A stretch of 56,028 nucleotides of DNA, from the NCBI GenBank assembly GCA_041736175.1, contig JBGSUI010000019.1, positions 1 to 56,028 of the forward strand, read 5' to 3'. Below the pieces are notes generated by a model that saw nothing but the letters and a program-made list of their open reading frames with translations, was not told the DNA's origin and did no database searches. Of this stretch, positions 37,273 to 47,412 are shown in pieces (position 1 is the stretch's first letter; each line of letters starts with the position of its first letter). Both the position numbers and the translations under genes were made by a program. The DNA comes from Oligoflexales bacterium. Lineage in GTDB: Bacteria > Bdellovibrionota_B > Oligoflexia > Oligoflexales > CAIYRB01.

Positions 37273-39486
37273 TCACAGGGGGTTAAAGACAAAGGGATAG
37301 TTGACCGATACCGGCTGGCCACCACGAGGCTGGGGAAATGGCCACCGCCGGACGGCTCCCGTGACGCAGCCGCGCATGGTGGAATCCGAAATCGTCGAGG
37401 CTCCCACATTTACATCCGTGACCCGTCCGTTGGTACCTATGGTAAAGTTAACTGTCATCTTTCCAGCCGCATTGGGCGAACGCTGCAGCAGGGTTTCATA
37501 GCAGTGGCGGATCTGGTTGAGGTTAGCCCTGATAACTGCCATGATTTCCTGAGACGTGAGACCACCGGAAACCACGGGGTCTCCAGCGGGCACACTGACG
37601 TTAGCTCTTCCGTGGCCACCAGAGCCGCCTCCGCCACCGCCGCCACCCGCGCCACCACCGAGCCCTAGTCCTCCCGCACCACCACTACCACCTTGGCCGC
37701 CCAAAATTCCCCCGGAGCCGCTCCCAAAGTTGCCGACTTTGCCACCGGCACCCGCGAGGCCAAGGCTTGAGCCGCTCCCGGCCCCACCCATTCCATAGGT
37801 TTTTGAAGCAGATCCGGAGCCTCCGCCGGCACCACCAGCCGAGTCTTTAAAGGGCGTACTAATGGCCCCTGGACCTGTCAGCGAACTGATTTTTCCCGGT
37901 CCAAGACCCAACTTAGAAAGGTTTACACCGCTGGCCTTGTTGTTGTTGACTCCCTCGACTCCCTGGACACTGTGGTTGGCAGTCCCTTTGATGGCCCCGC
38001 CTTTTTGGTTCATCCCACTGCCTTCGGGTCCGCCGGATTTACCGAGGGCCACATTAGGTAAGGTCGGCCCTGCGAGTTTGTTATCCGGGTTTTTAGCACC
38101 TGTCGACGGCATTCCGTTGAGATTAGCGTTGAGGTTGCTCAAGGCACCAGGCGCTTTGTTGGTTGGTTTATCAACAGGTCCCGCTGGCTTCGAAGATTCC
38201 TGGGGTTTTTGCGGTGTTTTTTCTGCTAGGACTTCCGTAGGTTTTTTAGCCTCGACGGGTTTCTCCACTGGTTTAGGTTGCTTGGGTTTTTCTTTTTCGA
38301 TGGGTTTCGCAGGTTTTGGCTGCTCTTTCACCACTGGTTTAGGTGGAACTTTGGGGGGAACCTTTTTTTCTTCGATTTTTGCTATTTTCTTTGGCTCTGG
38401 TGGTTTTTCTTTCTTTTGTGGCTCTGGCTTTTTCTCAGCAGTCGGCAAGTCAACGATTTGGTAAATATCGTCTTTTTCGGCCTTGAGCGGCGAGGGTTTA
38501 TGGAGCCAGGCGATGGGTACCAAAATAAAGTAAAGGAGCATAACCAGTGAAACGAGCCCAATAAAAAAAGGATCTCTAGGTCCTGATCGAGGAAAATCCA
38601 AAGCTGGGGGACGGACAAACATCAAAAAATAGCTCACCGCTCCATATCGAATATGGGCGATATCCCGCCGGCTCAAACTGTATTCGCCCTGGTCGTTGAT
38701 ACGCTCCACCTTGCCACCACGGCGCAATCTGCCATGCATGCCATTGCGGGTATAAACCTTAAAGCCATCATTGGAGACACGGGCGAAGGTCATTTTTTCG
38801 AAATGGGACTTACCGGCTGCGATCAAATGAGCTTTGGTAGGGTCGCCGATGGTGACCTGTTCAAATCCTTTAAAAGAAGGGTGAAACAGCTCTACTTCTA
38901 GGACCGTATCACCCCAATAGGCCACACACTCTAGGACATCCCCTGCAGGACGAGCTTTTCGCGGCGAAAAAAGAACATCTTTTTTGCGAGCCTCTTTATC
39001 CAAAGGAGGATGGTGCTCCGTCGCTTGGACAGGCACAGCGGTTCCCGTACGGGTATCACTGTCACGGGACGGATTTGCATATTTTCGCGTATCTGAGCCG
39101 GTTTTTACGGCGGGACCACCTTGGGAGGAGGCTAAGATTTGGCCGAACTCTTGGGTTTCCCTTATCTGTGGTAAAGCTGGAATTTGTGGCACTGCTTCCA
39201 GCACACGCAGATGGACGCTCCCGATCTGGATCACGTCACCGACACTGATGGGAGCTTCGACTGTGATCGACGTGCCGTTGACTTTGATCCCCGCTTGGGA
39301 CCCCAAGTCAGTCACCACCAACCCCCCTTGATCATTCTCTTCGATCAGGGCATGGATGGGCTCAACCCCTGGCGCTCGCAGGACCACCTGGTTTGAAAGC
39401 AGTGCACCAATCCGCAGAGGTGTTTGGTCAATCGGGATTTCCCGTTCCGCTTGCCCAGGTATAGTAAATCGCAACTCGAGAGCCAT
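37273..39486 (-). CDS. gltG: GltG/PglI-like protein: FHA domain, TM helix, Pro/Lys and Gly-rich linker, TonB-C (AgmX/PglI C-terminal) domain
   Basis: N-terminal FHA-like HALIE..DLGS..G..VNG. C-terminal IRHCYE..L..G...V.F.I...G.V...CV......W.FP.P.GG..V.V.YPF.F. Confidence 0.85.
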   Translation of the reverse strand: MALELRFTIPGQAEREIPIDQTPLRIGALLSNQVVLRAPGVEPIHALIEENDQGGLVVTDLGSQAGIKVNGTSITVEAPISVGDVIQIGSVHLRVLEAVPQIPALPQIRETQEFGQILASSQGGPAVKTGSDTRKYANPSRDSDTRTGTAVPVQATEHHPPLDKEARKKDVLFSPRKARPAGDVLECVAYWGDTVLEVELFHPSFKGFEQVTIGDPTKAHLIAAGKSHFEKMTFARVSNDGFKVYTRNGMHGRLRRGGKVERINDQGEYSLSRRDIAHIRYGAVSYFLMFVRPPALDFPRSGPRDPFFIGLVSLVMLLYFILVPIAWLHKPSPLKAEKDDIYQIVDLPTAEKKPEPQKKEKPPEPKKIAKIEEKKVPPKVPPKPVVKEQPKPAKPIEKEKPKQPKPVEKPVEAKKPTEVLAEKTPQKPQESSKPAGPVDKPTNKAPGALSNLNANLNGMPSTGAKNPDNKLAGPTLPNVALGKSGGPEGSGMNQKGGAIKGTANHSVQGVEGVNNNKASGVNLSKLGLGPGKISSLTGPGAISTPFKDSAGGAGGGSGSASKTYGMGGAGSGSSLGLAGAGGKVGNFGSGSGGILGGQGGSGGAGGLGLGGGAGGGGGGGGSGGHGRANVSVPAGDPVVSGGLTSQEIMAVIRANLNQIRHCYETLLQRSPNAAGKMTVNFTIGTNGRVTDVNVGASTISDSTMRGCVTGAVRRWPFPQPRGGQPVSVNYPFVFNPL

Positions 39487-39605
39487 AGGAGTCCTTGTCT
39501 ATCTGGGTCCGTTCCTTGGGGGTCTTACCAAAAATCAAAAACCCACGGTCGTATCCATTATATTATCACGCCCCTCGAAGAATTAAAAAAATCCGTAGCA
39601 CTCTT

Positions 39606-40700
39606 TTAGGGCTTGGGCGCAGCAGCCGGTGGACTCGTTCCACCTTTTGGGGGTTGTTTAGGAGCTTGTTTGGCCTTTTCCTCAGCTGCTTTTTGAGAAG
39701 CTTTGCGTTTTTTGGCTGCTTCTTCCATGTCGATCTGGTTAGAAAGCTGAAAGGTCCTTTCATCCCATCCTACTTCGCCGTGCCGGGCTTTACTGGCTTT
39801 CTCGGCATAGGTTCTGGCCTTATCAAAAGAACCTTTGTTTTGTAGTTCAAACAACGCACAGTTAAAAAGCGTCGTTTTATGATCAGGTTCCTTAGCTAAC
39901 ACTTTCGAACAAAGCTCACTTGCTCTCCCGTTGTTGCCTTCAAGACGGGATATGGTGATGAGATTAGACTGAACAAACCAATCATTTTGCAAATCTCCAA
40001 GATACCTTTTCGCCACGTTGAGATCGCCACCCTTAAGCGCCGCTAAACCCAGATTGAGCATCGCAGGTTTATAATTCTCTACGGCCTTAAGAGCTTCTTT
40101 AAAATACAGCACCGACTCGGGGACCCTATCTGCTTGCAGCGCCATCACCCCTAGGGCATTGTTGGCCGCGGCTTTAATACGGGGGATTTTTGATTCAATC
40201 AAGAGCGGCAAGAGATACTCAGCAAGATAATAATTCCTCGCAGCGATCGCTGCGAGAGCCACTTCCAGTTTCACAGCATCTGAGATGGTGTTTCCAGCAC
40301 CCTTTTCCATTTCATAGGTAGCGATCTTCTTTGCCGATAAAGTGACCGCGGCGACCCCCCTGCGAGCAAGACGCTCCGCAGAAAGTTTTTCTTCGTAAAA
40401 ACCCTTACCTTTACCGGACTGCATTTTTTCCACGAGTTGCGCGGCTTTAGAAACATCAATCGTCTGTGAGGTCAGGGGATTATTGCTTAGACTTTGGGTT
40501 AAGGTTCCCCGACTAACCGTCCGGTTACCACCACCATCTGTGTCCTTGAGTTCGAAACGCTCTTGGTCTTTATCGTCGCCCGAGTCTTCAGAAACCTCTT
40601 TCATCTTGGACTTTTTGTCGTCACCAGAACAGCCAGCCATACCGATCCAAAGCCCAACGGCCAGGGGTAAGAATAGTTTTTTAAAGTGGCTGGCCATCAA
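39606..40700 (-). CDS. gltE: TPR lipoprotein, GltE/AglT-like
   Basis: MAGC lipobox, TPRs (NNALGV, AMLNLG, LFNCALF) and position in the agl-glt operon. Confidence 0.7.
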   Translation of the reverse strand: MMASHFKKLFLPLAVGLWIGMAGCSGDDKKSKMKEVSEDSGDDKDQERFELKDTDGGGNRTVSRGTLTQSLSNNPLTSQTIDVSKAAQLVEKMQSGKGKGFYEEKLSAERLARRGVAAVTLSAKKIATYEMEKGAGNTISDAVKLEVALAAIAARNYYLAEYLLPLLIESKIPRIKAAANNALGVMALQADRVPESVLYFKEALKAVENYKPAMLNLGLAALKGGDLNVAKRYLGDLQNDWFVQSNLITISRLEGNNGRASELCSKVLAKEPDHKTTLFNCALFELQNKGSFDKARTYAEKASKARHGEVGWDERTFQLSNQIDMEEAAKKRKASQKAAEEKAKQAPKQPPKGGTSPPAAAPKP

Positions 40701-43700
40701 TTCTCCTTGGATCTGACCGCACTTGCAACCGATCCCGGGACTTCGGCCCCAATAAAGTCAGGTTTGACGATAAGGTCATCAAAGCTCACGGGTTTACCCG
40801 CATTGCGAGCGAGTCCCGACAGAGCCTTTGCGGCCCATTCGTTATAAACGATATATTTTTGGACTGAATCAAGAGCCTGCCGATAAAATTTTGCGGCACC
40901 CTCTCGCGCCTCTTTAGCGTCTTTTGCCAGAGCCCCCGCAACCTCAGCTTTAGTGGCCCCTTGGACTTGGGGCGGGTTTTCCAGATCGTCGGCGATAAGC
41001 TCTCGGGCGTACCCTAGTTGGTAAAAAGCCGCCACACCCCAGTAGGCGTCTTTCGCTGCCAACACCTGATCAAAGGCTTGTTGGACGGCGCCTAAAGCTT
41101 CGACTTTTTCCTTAATCGAACCCTGGAGGCTGTCGACCGTCCCTCCCCTTAATCTAATCTGCTTAAAGCGCGCCATGATGGGGTTTGCCTGTCTAAACAA
41201 GATCGAACCTACCGAGCGAAGGGCCTCGCCCTGGACGTTGCCGCCACTTTTTTGGTAGGTGGCGAGGATCACCTGACTTGCCTGAGCACTGTAGGAGTTT
41301 TGTCCATTGCCAGCGCGCATCAACATGGAGTAGGCAAGGATTTTTTCCTCCGGACTCATCTTAAACCGCGCATCCATCGTCGAGATTAAACTGGCGATGC
41401 GAGCTGAGTCAGCGGTGGCAAAGGCGGCCCGCATCATCCTAAAAAACACCACTTTAGCGTTTTCTTGGTCAAACTGGGCAAAATTCAGACACGTCGCCAC
41501 GGCTGTTGTGATGGCCACTGCTGCCTGAATCTCGCAGGCTTTAGCCAGGGCTGCCAGGGCCTCTTTTTCTTTAGGGTATCTTTTATAAAACTCTGTATAA
41601 AAGCCGGCTGCTCTGACGAGATCAAATTTGTTTTCGTTGAGCTGCGCCACCAGGGAAAGGGCGCTCTTGGCAGCTGGTGACTGGGGAAACTGGCGGATCA
41701 CGATCATATATGCCGCGATCCCTTCGTCGATCTTACCACAGGCGACATAGTCGACCCCCGCGTTGTTGATAAGAGCTGTGGCTTCTGAGCTTTTCGGATC
41801 TTTCTTATAGAGTTCTTCGTACTTTTTGGCGCGGTTGCAAGCATTTTTTTCAGATTTGGCCACATCGACGGCCACTCCGAATTCCAGTTCTTTAAGCTTG
41901 CCGCCGATTTTTCCCGTGCGATAGGCAGGTATCTTTCGGATCTCGGCAATGGCTTTTTCGAGTCCCTTCTTATCATCAGCATACATAGATATGATGTTTT
42001 CGACCGCCCCATCCCCTTCTTTGGTTCCGGGGTAGGTCTTGGCTAGGTGCCACAGGTATTTAAGGGCAAGATTTTTATTTCCGCTTCTATAATAGACTTC
42101 GGTGAGCAAGATATCACAGGATCTGACAGCTTTTTTGTCTTCTTTATAGAACTTCTGATGAATCGCACAGGCATTGATCACATTTTTAGCATCTGCCGAA
42201 AGCACCCTTGGGGATTTTTTGAAATCGGGCTTAACCTTAAGCATCACTTTAAGCTCTGGCTCAAATTGATCAAAAAAGGCATCGAGCATATAGTCTGCTG
42301 CCTTTTTATGGACATATTCGGGTTTTCCCTTAGCATGGTAAACAATGGCTTTGTCTTTGCCCAAGAGGGCAATCTCCCGGTATAGCCGCCCAGCTTCACG
42401 GAAATTTTTGGTAAAATAATAGATATCAGCCATATTGTACTTAACTTCCGCCACTTCTTTTGTCTTAGGATAATATTTTAGGTAAAGATTATAGCCCCTG
42501 ATGGCTTCGGCATTAAGGCGAGGATTGTCATCTTTTTGGGCATTTTTATGGGTCAGCTTAGCATAGTAGAGGATCTGGTCCTGCACCAGTTGCTGGGCTT
42601 CTTGAAATTCAGGTTTCTTATTGCCATTGCGGGAGGCCCACCGGCTCCCAGGTCCGTAGAGGCGGGGAAACCGCTCGAGTTCTTGCCAAACATTGGGGAG
42701 CTTACCCAGTTCAAAATAGAGGCCGATAATATTTTTCTGGGTGGATGGGCCTTCGATATCGTAGGGTTCAACCTGCTGAAAGCGTTTAAGAACGCTGATA
42801 GCCTCAGCATAGCGGCCTTGGTCTGAAAACGTATCTGCCAACAACGAAAGAAACCGGCCGATATACTTTTGGCCACCGTTGCGACGATAATAGGCAATGG
42901 CTGGGTCGATCAGGCGAAGCTCTGCAAAAGCAAAGACCATATCACGTAGGGCTTCTTCCTTGAGTCCAACGCCTTTTTGACCTTCCGAACTGGCGACCAC
43001 GACCGTTTGCTTCCAATAGGCTAAAGCCTGCTGATATTGGCCAAGGTTATAGGCGCACCACCCGAGTCTAAAGAGAGCCCAAGAGTAGGTGCTAGCCTGT
43101 CTAAATTTGAGAGCATTGCGGTAATTGTTGGTGGCGTTTCTAAAGTCGTTTCTATTGAAGTAGAACTCACCAAGTTGGTAGTAGGCATCACCCGCTTTTT
43201 GGGAGTTGGGGTACTTTGCAATCAACTGGCTAAAGACCCGGGCAGAGTCTTTTTCCTTCCGCAAAAAATCATAGGCGATAGCCATGCTAAACATGGTGAT
43301 ATCGGCGTTTTTACTCCTAGGGTACTCTTCTAAGAGTTCTGCTGCATCATCCGCAAGCCGCTGCCATTGCTCCTTGGAGCGGGTTTCGTCGACCCTTGGC
43401 TCAACCCCTTTTCGCCCGCCTCTGTCCCATGCCTCCCAGGCTTGGTCATAGCGGTTTTGCTCTTGTTTAGAGAGATTGACCGCTGCTTCTAGCCTAAGGT
43501 TGACCAGGCGATCTTTCATCTCCAGGCGGGTAGGACTCTTGCGGGGCATTTTAGCTGATTGCTTGGTGAGGTATCCTATCGCTTTGCTGATCTCCGAAAT
43601 AAGCCTGACTTCCGTGGTCCGCAATATCGCTTCATTCTTACCAAATCGAGATTTGGCTTTTTCTTGCTTTTTGACCTCTCTTTTTTCGGTTTTAATATCG

Positions 43701-43840
43701 GAGAGATCTACCTTATCCGTTTTGTTGACCGTATCGGCTGCAAAACCGACACCTATAAAAACCTGTATCAATACCATCATCCATAGAGACGCCATCCAAC
43801 ATCTTTTGATCATATGGATTTTAGGGTCTTTGTGGATCAA
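40697..43840 (-). CDS. gltD: Large periplasmic TPR protein, GltD/AgmU-like
   Basis: 1047 aa with signal peptide and many TPRs (YP.S...DAYYQLGEFYF, LFRLGWC.YN, EEALRD). Confidence 0.8.
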   Translation of the reverse strand: MIHKDPKIHMIKRCWMASLWMMVLIQVFIGVGFAADTVNKTDKVDLSDIKTEKREVKKQEKAKSRFGKNEAILRTTEVRLISEISKAIGYLTKQSAKMPRKSPTRLEMKDRLVNLRLEAAVNLSKQEQNRYDQAWEAWDRGGRKGVEPRVDETRSKEQWQRLADDAAELLEEYPRSKNADITMFSMAIAYDFLRKEKDSARVFSQLIAKYPNSQKAGDAYYQLGEFYFNRNDFRNATNNYRNALKFRQASTYSWALFRLGWCAYNLGQYQQALAYWKQTVVVASSEGQKGVGLKEEALRDMVFAFAELRLIDPAIAYYRRNGGQKYIGRFLSLLADTFSDQGRYAEAISVLKRFQQVEPYDIEGPSTQKNIIGLYFELGKLPNVWQELERFPRLYGPGSRWASRNGNKKPEFQEAQQLVQDQILYYAKLTHKNAQKDDNPRLNAEAIRGYNLYLKYYPKTKEVAEVKYNMADIYYFTKNFREAGRLYREIALLGKDKAIVYHAKGKPEYVHKKAADYMLDAFFDQFEPELKVMLKVKPDFKKSPRVLSADAKNVINACAIHQKFYKEDKKAVRSCDILLTEVYYRSGNKNLALKYLWHLAKTYPGTKEGDGAVENIISMYADDKKGLEKAIAEIRKIPAYRTGKIGGKLKELEFGVAVDVAKSEKNACNRAKKYEELYKKDPKSSEATALINNAGVDYVACGKIDEGIAAYMIVIRQFPQSPAAKSALSLVAQLNENKFDLVRAAGFYTEFYKRYPKEKEALAALAKACEIQAAVAITTAVATCLNFAQFDQENAKVVFFRMMRAAFATADSARIASLISTMDARFKMSPEEKILAYSMLMRAGNGQNSYSAQASQVILATYQKSGGNVQGEALRSVGSILFRQANPIMARFKQIRLRGGTVDSLQGSIKEKVEALGAVQQAFDQVLAAKDAYWGVAAFYQLGYARELIADDLENPPQVQGATKAEVAGALAKDAKEAREGAAKFYRQALDSVQKYIVYNEWAAKALSGLARNAGKPVSFDDLIVKPDFIGAEVPGSVASAVRSKEN

Positions 43841-43877
43841 GGGACTTGCCTCTTATTTGACTCAGTAAAACTCTTAG

Positions 43878-45416
43878 CTATTTGCCTTCGGTCTTTTTTT
43901 GGGTACACATGCTTTCAAGGTTGTAGACATATCCACCTAACTCATCTTCCCAATACTCTCCTTCGAAGGGCCAAAACTCCAGATCTTGGCTTAGATTGAG
44001 GGACTGGAGTCCCCCGATAAATTGAGCCTTCGAGGGCGAGGTCCCTGGACTGAGCCGCTCTCTTAATTCATCCACTTTTCCTAGAACCATTTCCGTGTTG
44101 ATCCCGATAGTCTGATCCGACAGCTCCTTGAGGTAGCCGTGGTACCCGGCGCCTTTGGAATAAAGCCTACGGCCCGAATCTTTGATGGCAGCCACTTTTT
44201 TATTGCGTAGGAAAGCTTCGAGTTCGTCCTGAAGACCGCCGGATTGCCACCGTCCCTGGTAGCGAGACAACCGCGCCAATTCACTGTCGGCAAATCGAAT
44301 GGTCGTTCCAGCGTCCTTATAAACATCGGTCCTCGAAAGGGCATCGAGGATGGAGTGAACCGACTTGTAGCTATCGAGGTTTCCAGCACGGTAGTCGTAG
44401 ACTAGTTTAAAAAATCCTCTTGAATCGTCGCCGTAGCGCTGGAGGATTTTGCTAAGATCTCTATAGGTGGATGCATAGCGGCCTTTAAAACGAGCTAAGG
44501 TCGCTTTGACCTGTTTAAACCGGCAAAGCCTCAAAAAAGTGATCGCCTGCAAAATATAGCTTTCAGGAAAAAATCGATTTTCGAAAAAGGGCGAGTGGAT
44601 GGTGTGGATCACCCCGAGGGTGTTGTTATGCTTTTGCATCATAAAAAAGGTCCATGATGCTTCGAAAAGTGCCTGGAGCCAGTTGTCCGAATTGCGAGGT
44701 ATTTGGCCGTAGGCAAGGATAGCCTCTTTATATCTTTTAACTTCGTAGTGGACCCTAGCGATATTGAGGTCGGCCTGCTCCCGCATCCAAGCCCCATTTT
44801 CTGTATCGGGAACGCTATTACGGACCCGCTCAAAATAACTAATAGCCCGACTATGGGATCCACGCAGGTTGGTCACGACCCCAAGGTGAAACATCGCTTT
44901 GAGGTAATAGCTACTACTGCTGGGAACTCTTGAGAAGTAGCTAGAAGCCTCTTCGTATTTTTCTCGATTAAAGGACTCGATACCCAGGTAGTAAAAATAG
45001 AATCCTCGTGCCGGACCAGGTACGTAAACAGGATCAATGCGGGCCTTGAAAAGCTGCACCACATGGGACTGCCCGAGACTCACTGTCGAATTAATCCGCC
45101 CCAGCTCTTCCATGGCTTTGCGGAAAAAGACGTTTTTGGAGGAGGGTCCGCGCCTAACGATAATACTATAGTACTTGGACGCCGAGTAAAAAAACCCGAG
45201 CTTTTGCAAGCTCTGCCCCAGTCCCCACTCCGCTTTTTCTTTTTCGCCAGCGGCTTTCGGATATCCGTAGGCCTGGAAGTAGGCCGTCGCCGCATTGGCA
45301 TAGTCCCTACGACCATAAAACTGCATCGCCGCCCGGTAATTAGCAAGCACAGGAGTGGACACCAAACTACCTATGAGGATGACTGCAATAATAGACTTTT
45401 TTGATACCACGGCCAA
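43878..45416 (-). CDS. gltC: Periplasmic TPR protein, GltC-like
   Basis: Signal peptide, WLQALFEASW, HSPFF...FFPES and C-terminal WPFEGEYWEDELG.Y. Confidence 0.8.
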   Translation of the reverse strand: MAVVSKKSIIAVILIGSLVSTPVLANYRAAMQFYGRRDYANAATAYFQAYGYPKAAGEKEKAEWGLGQSLQKLGFFYSASKYYSIIVRRGPSSKNVFFRKAMEELGRINSTVSLGQSHVVQLFKARIDPVYVPGPARGFYFYYLGIESFNREKYEEASSYFSRVPSSSSYYLKAMFHLGVVTNLRGSHSRAISYFERVRNSVPDTENGAWMREQADLNIARVHYEVKRYKEAILAYGQIPRNSDNWLQALFEASWTFFMMQKHNNTLGVIHTIHSPFFENRFFPESYILQAITFLRLCRFKQVKATLARFKGRYASTYRDLSKILQRYGDDSRGFFKLVYDYRAGNLDSYKSVHSILDALSRTDVYKDAGTTIRFADSELARLSRYQGRWQSGGLQDELEAFLRNKKVAAIKDSGRRLYSKGAGYHGYLKELSDQTIGINTEMVLGKVDELRERLSPGTSPSKAQFIGGLQSLNLSQDLEFWPFEGEYWEDELGGYVYNLESMCTQKKTEGK

Positions 45417-45425
45417 ATGATCATC

Positions 45426-46226
45426 CTAAAAAAATGTCGAAGCACCAATCGATAAAGTGATATTGTTTTGAATTTCGCTATCTCCTCCCGAATCGGGCAC
45501 ACAGGATCCATCTCCGGTATTATAATTGAATAGATAATCTCGCACGTCCCACCTTAGGCTAAAATCCTGTGATACAAAGTACTTTTGACCAAACCCCAGA
45601 GCGAGAGTCGGGTAAGTGACCACTTTAGGCGCTGGCGTAACCACTTGATTTTGACTGGAAGAATTCTTACCCTTTTCACATTGTTTATAGTCATAATAGA
45701 CCCCCGTCATGCCTGCTTGCAGGACTATAAAGTCATCAAAATAGATGACTTGGCCGCTAGGCAATTGGGTCTTTCCATAGATGGGAGTCCATAGCAGACC
45801 ACCCCCAAGTATATATTGGGTTTGGATGATTTGAGTCGTGATATCAAACTCCGATTCGAGGAGGCTTTTATCATCCTTATCGACTTTGATTCCGTAGTGA
45901 CCGCCCAGCTCGAAGGCAAACATTTCGCTAAAATGGTAATCGATCATACCCGAAAGCATAAGCGTGTATATAAATGCTTGATTCATGATTAGACCTGTTT
46001 GGGCTCCTAGCTCAAACCGGTTTCTTTTAGACATAAACCTGGGTCTTATCACCCTGATTTCGTATCCCTTAAAATCCCCTATCTCAGCGTAGCTAACCGA
46101 CCCCTGAAAAAGCAGACTGCTCACTAACAAAAACAGGACAACAACTCTCCGAGACAGACCTGGGACCAAAAATCTTGGGTGAGTATAAACCAATGTCATC
46201 CTCGTCTCTGTCAATGCCATCAACAT
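45426..46226 (-). CDS. Outer-membrane beta-barrel, GltA/GltB-like
   Basis: IRVI..RF..K..RFEL, WTPIYGK, amphipathic strands and C-terminal Phe (GASTFF). Start uncertain. Confidence 0.8.
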   Translation of the reverse strand: MLMALTETRMTLVYTHPRFLVPGLSRRVVVLFLLVSSLLFQGSVSYAEIGDFKGYEIRVIRPRFMSKRNRFELGAQTGLIMNQAFIYTLMLSGMIDYHFSEMFAFELGGHYGIKVDKDDKSLLESEFDITTQIIQTQYILGGGLLWTPIYGKTQLPSGQVIYFDDFIVLQAGMTGVYYDYKQCEKGKNSSSQNQVVTPAPKVVTYPTLALGFGQKYFVSQDFSLRWDVRDYLFNYNTGDGSCVPDSGGDSEIQNNITLSIGASTFF

Positions 46227-46303
46227 CTATCAAGATCTATTCTACCAACATATCAACAATCAACCAATCTTCGCCTCGCTTGCAAAATTTATAGTTGTTT
46301 GTA

Positions 46304-46804
46304 TTACTCACCCTCTCTAGCAACCATCAGTTTAAATGTTATAAATTCAGCTTGTTGTGCCGATAGCATGATGCGCTTCATCAGCTTGAAATTGTGAGTC
46401 TGGTCCATCTCCATAGTCAAAGCAAAAATCTTGGATTTATCTCGCTCTGCAACGCGTCCTCGAAACACCCTCTTGTTTGCTTCGGCTAGTTTTTCTAACT
46501 CACGAAAAACCGGCATAATTGCGCCCTGGGACCGGTCCTTTTCGGGAACATCTCCACCCACGATCGTCGACACCTTTTTATCGTTGACCAAAAGCTCTGA
46601 TTTTGTCACTTTGATCGAAGGAAGCTCGTCTAAGGTCACCGTAGTCATGGACTCGGGCAACTCTACGCCAGCATTCACATCATAACTCACCGGATCCGTG
46701 GAATAACTCATCAGCAAGAAAGTGATGAGAATTGAAAAAATATCAAGCATCGGCATCAGATTTAATTCGAGGGAATCGCCATTATCTGAACTGACTGAAG
46801 CCAT
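46304..46804 (-). CDS. ExbD/TolR family protein (AglS-like)
   Basis: LNLMPMLDIFSILITFLL TM helix with the conserved Asp, followed by VELPES. Confidence 0.9.
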   Translation of the reverse strand: MASVSSDNGDSLELNLMPMLDIFSILITFLLMSYSTDPVSYDVNAGVELPESMTTVTLDELPSIKVTKSELLVNDKKVSTIVGGDVPEKDRSQGAIMPVFRELEKLAEANKRVFRGRVAERDKSKIFALTMEMDQTHNFKLMKRIMLSAQQAEFITFKLMVAREGE

Positions 46805-46840
46805 ACTTGCCTCCTAGGATTGCCAAACACCCGGACACGA

Positions 46841-47386
46841 TTACTTAAGCATCACACTTGCCATCACAACTTTCGGAAAAATCGACTCTGTGGCGACGGC
46901 TTTATCAGCATCGGAGGCGTCTTTTTTTACAAGCACCGGATCCTTAGGACCGCGAAGCTTGATGGCATCTAAAACCATCGCCACATCTTTCCACAAGACA
47001 TCATCCTCTGAGAAAAACTGTAATTTGTCGGTATCTAAATTTTGCCTACGGATCGCAACAAGATGGTTGTGCATGTCAGCAGCTCCGCCCTTATCCGCTT
47101 TAAATTTCCGAGTCGTTTCCACGCTGCAAAAATCAGCAGTCACTTCTAGGGTATCTTTGCTCATATCGACCTTGACGCTGCAAGATTTATCGTCTTGTTT
47201 TTTGTCGGGAGGAGCCGAGCTTAAAAAAGGTATCTGCACCTCAATAATACCCACCGATAGAAACACGGCTGACATAAGCAAGAATGTATTCAAAAGTGAA
47301 AACACATCGATAAAAGGCATGATATTCAAGGCTATATCACGATATTTTTGTTTTTTCTTCTTTTTCACAGAGATCCCCCCCTTCAC
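46841..47386 (-). CDS. ExbD/TolR family protein (AglQ-like)
   Basis: LNIMPFIDVFSLLNTFLL TM helix with the conserved Asp. True start is probably the GTG at 47368. Confidence 0.9.
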   Translation of the reverse strand: MKGGISVKKKKKQKYRDIALNIMPFIDVFSLLNTFLLMSAVFLSVGIIEVQIPFLSSAPPDKKQDDKSCSVKVDMSKDTLEVTADFCSVETTRKFKADKGGAADMHNHLVAIRRQNLDTDKLQFFSEDDVLWKDVAMVLDAIKLRGPKDPVLVKKDASDADKAVATESIFPKVVMASVMLK

Positions 47387-47412
47387 TGACTCAACTACCG
47401 ACTAACGGGCGC

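Noticed and set aside
37556..37860. GC-rich quasi-repeats (ccgccacc...)
   Set aside because: They simply encode the Gly-rich linker of GltG and are not a DNA-level element.
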